Below are positions 62,089-64,000 of a DNA stretch of 64,000 nucleotides, one piece after another. Source of the DNA: Nitrospirota bacterium (GTDB lineage: Bacteria; Nitrospirota; UBA9217); the NCBI GenBank assembly GCA_963796285.1, contig CAWCKW010000013.1:384001-448000 (forward strand), given 5' to 3'. The notes under the pieces were generated by a model. That model had not been told where the DNA came from. It saw nothing but the letters and a program-made list of their open reading frames with translations, and did not search any database. Position 1 is the first letter of the stretch; every line of letters begins with the position of its first letter. The translations under genes and the position numbers were made by a program.

Positions 62089-63485
62089 TGTCAAGGCAAA
62101 GTAGAAATGTCCGGTTTTAGGATGCAAAGGACAATCGCTCCTTGCTCTTCGAATTGTTTTATAAGATCTTCTCCAGGGGTGATCTGGCAGTTGAGTCCGT
62201 ACTTTATTTCCCTGAATTAGTTTGGGTGTTTTTAGGTTTTCTTTAGCGGTCGTGTCGTGATTTCACTGTATTTTAAATCGAGGCCCTTGTTGGTTATGTG
62301 AAGAGATCCATCGGTTCGTTCTTCCACGACAACCTTCTGAGATTTTACAAAGTCCTTGATCTGATAGAGTTTACCGTTGTAAGAGATCGTAAAATCGTTT
62401 CGTATGTGTGCGGCCATCTCGGATGCAGAGAATCTTGTGGAGTTCTCTCATGGACAGCGCAGGTCGGTGTAAATCAACTTCAGAAACAGGCTTTACCTTG
62501 AATTTCATGTTGTGTATTGGAAGATATTTTATCAGAAATTCGTTTGCCTGATCGACGCTTTTAACCCCGGCAAGTCTCATCTCTTTAACCAGACGATCCT
62601 GGAGCGTTCGAAAACTTCTTTCTACCCTGCCTTTTGCTTGGGGTGAATTCGCATGGATGACTGTTACCACGAGTTCGGCAAGACTCCTTTCGAACTGGCT
62701 CATGGGTTTTTCATCTTCCAACTCATCCTCGATGCTCTGCTTGGCCGTGGATTTATACGTTGAGTGCTTGTCCAAATAGACGCTCTGTGGAATGCCGTAG
62801 CGCTTGATATACCGCTTGAAGCTGTCCATGGCTGGCATGGTCCCCTCATAGTCGTAAAAACGCCCGTACACTGTTCCTGTGGCATCGTCGATATATCCCA
62901 TTAATACACATTTAGGACCTCGGCCTTCGAACCAGTCATGATGGGAACCGTCCATCTGCACCATCTCACCAAAATGATGCTTTCTCTCGCGCCATTGCCG
63001 ATGCTTTCTAGCCTTGCGCTTCTCATAAGGGATGCTTTCCTCGTTCAGCCATAGACGTAGAGTCTCTTTGCTTATTTTGATCGCATGAACATCAAGAAGC
63101 TTCTCGCTGGCAAAGGTAGGGCCGAAATCATTGTACTTCTCACGATACAGCTTAAGTGCTTTCTCTTTGATCTTATTGGGGACACGACGATTCGAGGTCT
63201 TGCCGCGGGATCGGTGGCTAATGCCTTCGTCTCCTTCCTCCCGTACCCGTTTGAGCATCCGCCGAAGCTGCCTGCTGCTCAAACCTACAAGCTCCGCAGC
63301 CTTCTCCTGGGTGATCCTCTTATCCAATGCCTGGTGGATAATGTGCAGCCTTTTTGTCTCTCTCCTGCTCATAGTGATGATGTCCATTTCTGTCACAATA
63401 CCCTCCAATTACATCAGGAGTATTGTAACTTAAAATAGGACATTTCTACTTTGCCAGAATAGGACATTATCATTTTGCCATTACA
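62089..63485 (-). mobile_element. IS1202-family-like (ISNCY) insertion sequence, about 1.4 kb, with ~16-bp target duplication
   Basis: TGT...ACA imperfect IRs. DR ggcatcaggattacag (62073-62088) and ggcatcaggatacag (63486-63500). HTH+DDE transposase (QMDGS.H.W, IDDAT, QAKGRVER) with indels near its 3' end. Confidence 0.92.
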
Positions 63486-63772
63486 GGCATCAGGATACAG
63501 GCTTCATTCATCAGTTCGGGATTCAAAGCAGGAGCAGGCCGGCCCGAACATCTCTCTTTCAATAAAAAATAGTGCGCAACAATCTTGCCCTGGTCCGTAC
63601 GAGCAAAGTATTAGGTTTGCGCGATGAACACCTTGCACTATAATTTTTTTCAGCTATATTATTCATATAGACACATCTGCATCTCACTATTTCGCTCGTC
63701 GCCAAATGGTTTCTCATTAATTTCTGAGTTTGGTTTTGATCACATGCTTCATTACTTTGAGGGAGGTGTTCC

Positions 63773-64000
63773 ATGATACGTCTTGATATCAATGGCAAGG
63801 GCTATACCGTGGACGTCGCACCGGATGTTCCCCTGCTCTGGGTGATCCGCGAGCGGCTTCAGCTTACGGGAACGAAATTCGGCTGCGGCATCGGCGAGTG
63901 CGGCTCCTGCACCGTGCATATCGACGGTCAGGCGCAGCGTTCCTGCCAGACAACGGTCGGCAGCGTGCAGGGCAAAAAGATCACGACCATCGAGGGACTT
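63773..64000 (+). CDS. (2Fe-2S)-binding small subunit of a xanthine-oxidase-family enzyme; partial
   Basis: Manual translation: PLLWVIRE...[17 protein letters not shown]...SC...ITTIEGL; GGAGG RBS. Confidence 0.92.
   Translation, partial: MIRLDINGKGYTVDVAPDVPLLWVIRERLQLTGTKFGCGIGECGSCTVHIDGQAQRSCQTTVGSVQGKKITTIEGL

Noticed and set aside
62395-62420. Programmed frameshift in the transposase
   Set aside because: There is no slippery heptamer, a second indel lies downstream, and it fits the window-wide error pattern.
1-64000. CRISPR array, tRNA or rRNA
   Set aside because: I saw no regularly spaced repeat-spacer array, cloverleaf or rRNA signature by eye; a covariance scan was not possible.

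Overview
A mostly GC-rich bacterial chromosomal window with about 60 genes, probably from an anaerobic sulfate reducer (Nitrospirota/Desulfobacterota-like; this is inferred from sat+adk, hgcAB and general gene style). I found no rRNA, tRNA or CRISPR array. Recognisable loci are sat (partial), adk, rdgB, a polyamine cluster, chrB+MFS, sppA, the mercury-methylation genes hgcC-hgcA-hgcB, pepN, rnhA, a PAS hybrid kinase, dcd, and one full-length plus one remnant IS1202-family-like element. The strongest candidates for something undescribed are: (1) an operon coupling a plant-type threonine synthase to a plant-type cystathionine gamma-synthase, i.e. a putative O-phosphohomoserine Thr/Met branch point in a bacterium, behind a structured 5' leader; (2) an ElsL-like YkuD domain fused to a MurC/Mpl ligase; (3) a VAO-flavoprotein/Fe-S/GGR-like reductase trio; (4) an orphan attC gene cassette; (5) a TsdA/SoxA-like monoheme cytochrome with a C-terminal Cys arm. 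Many genes carry single-base indels, mostly in short homopolymers, so the frameshifts are probably sequencing errors. All family calls come from motif recognition by eye, not database searches.
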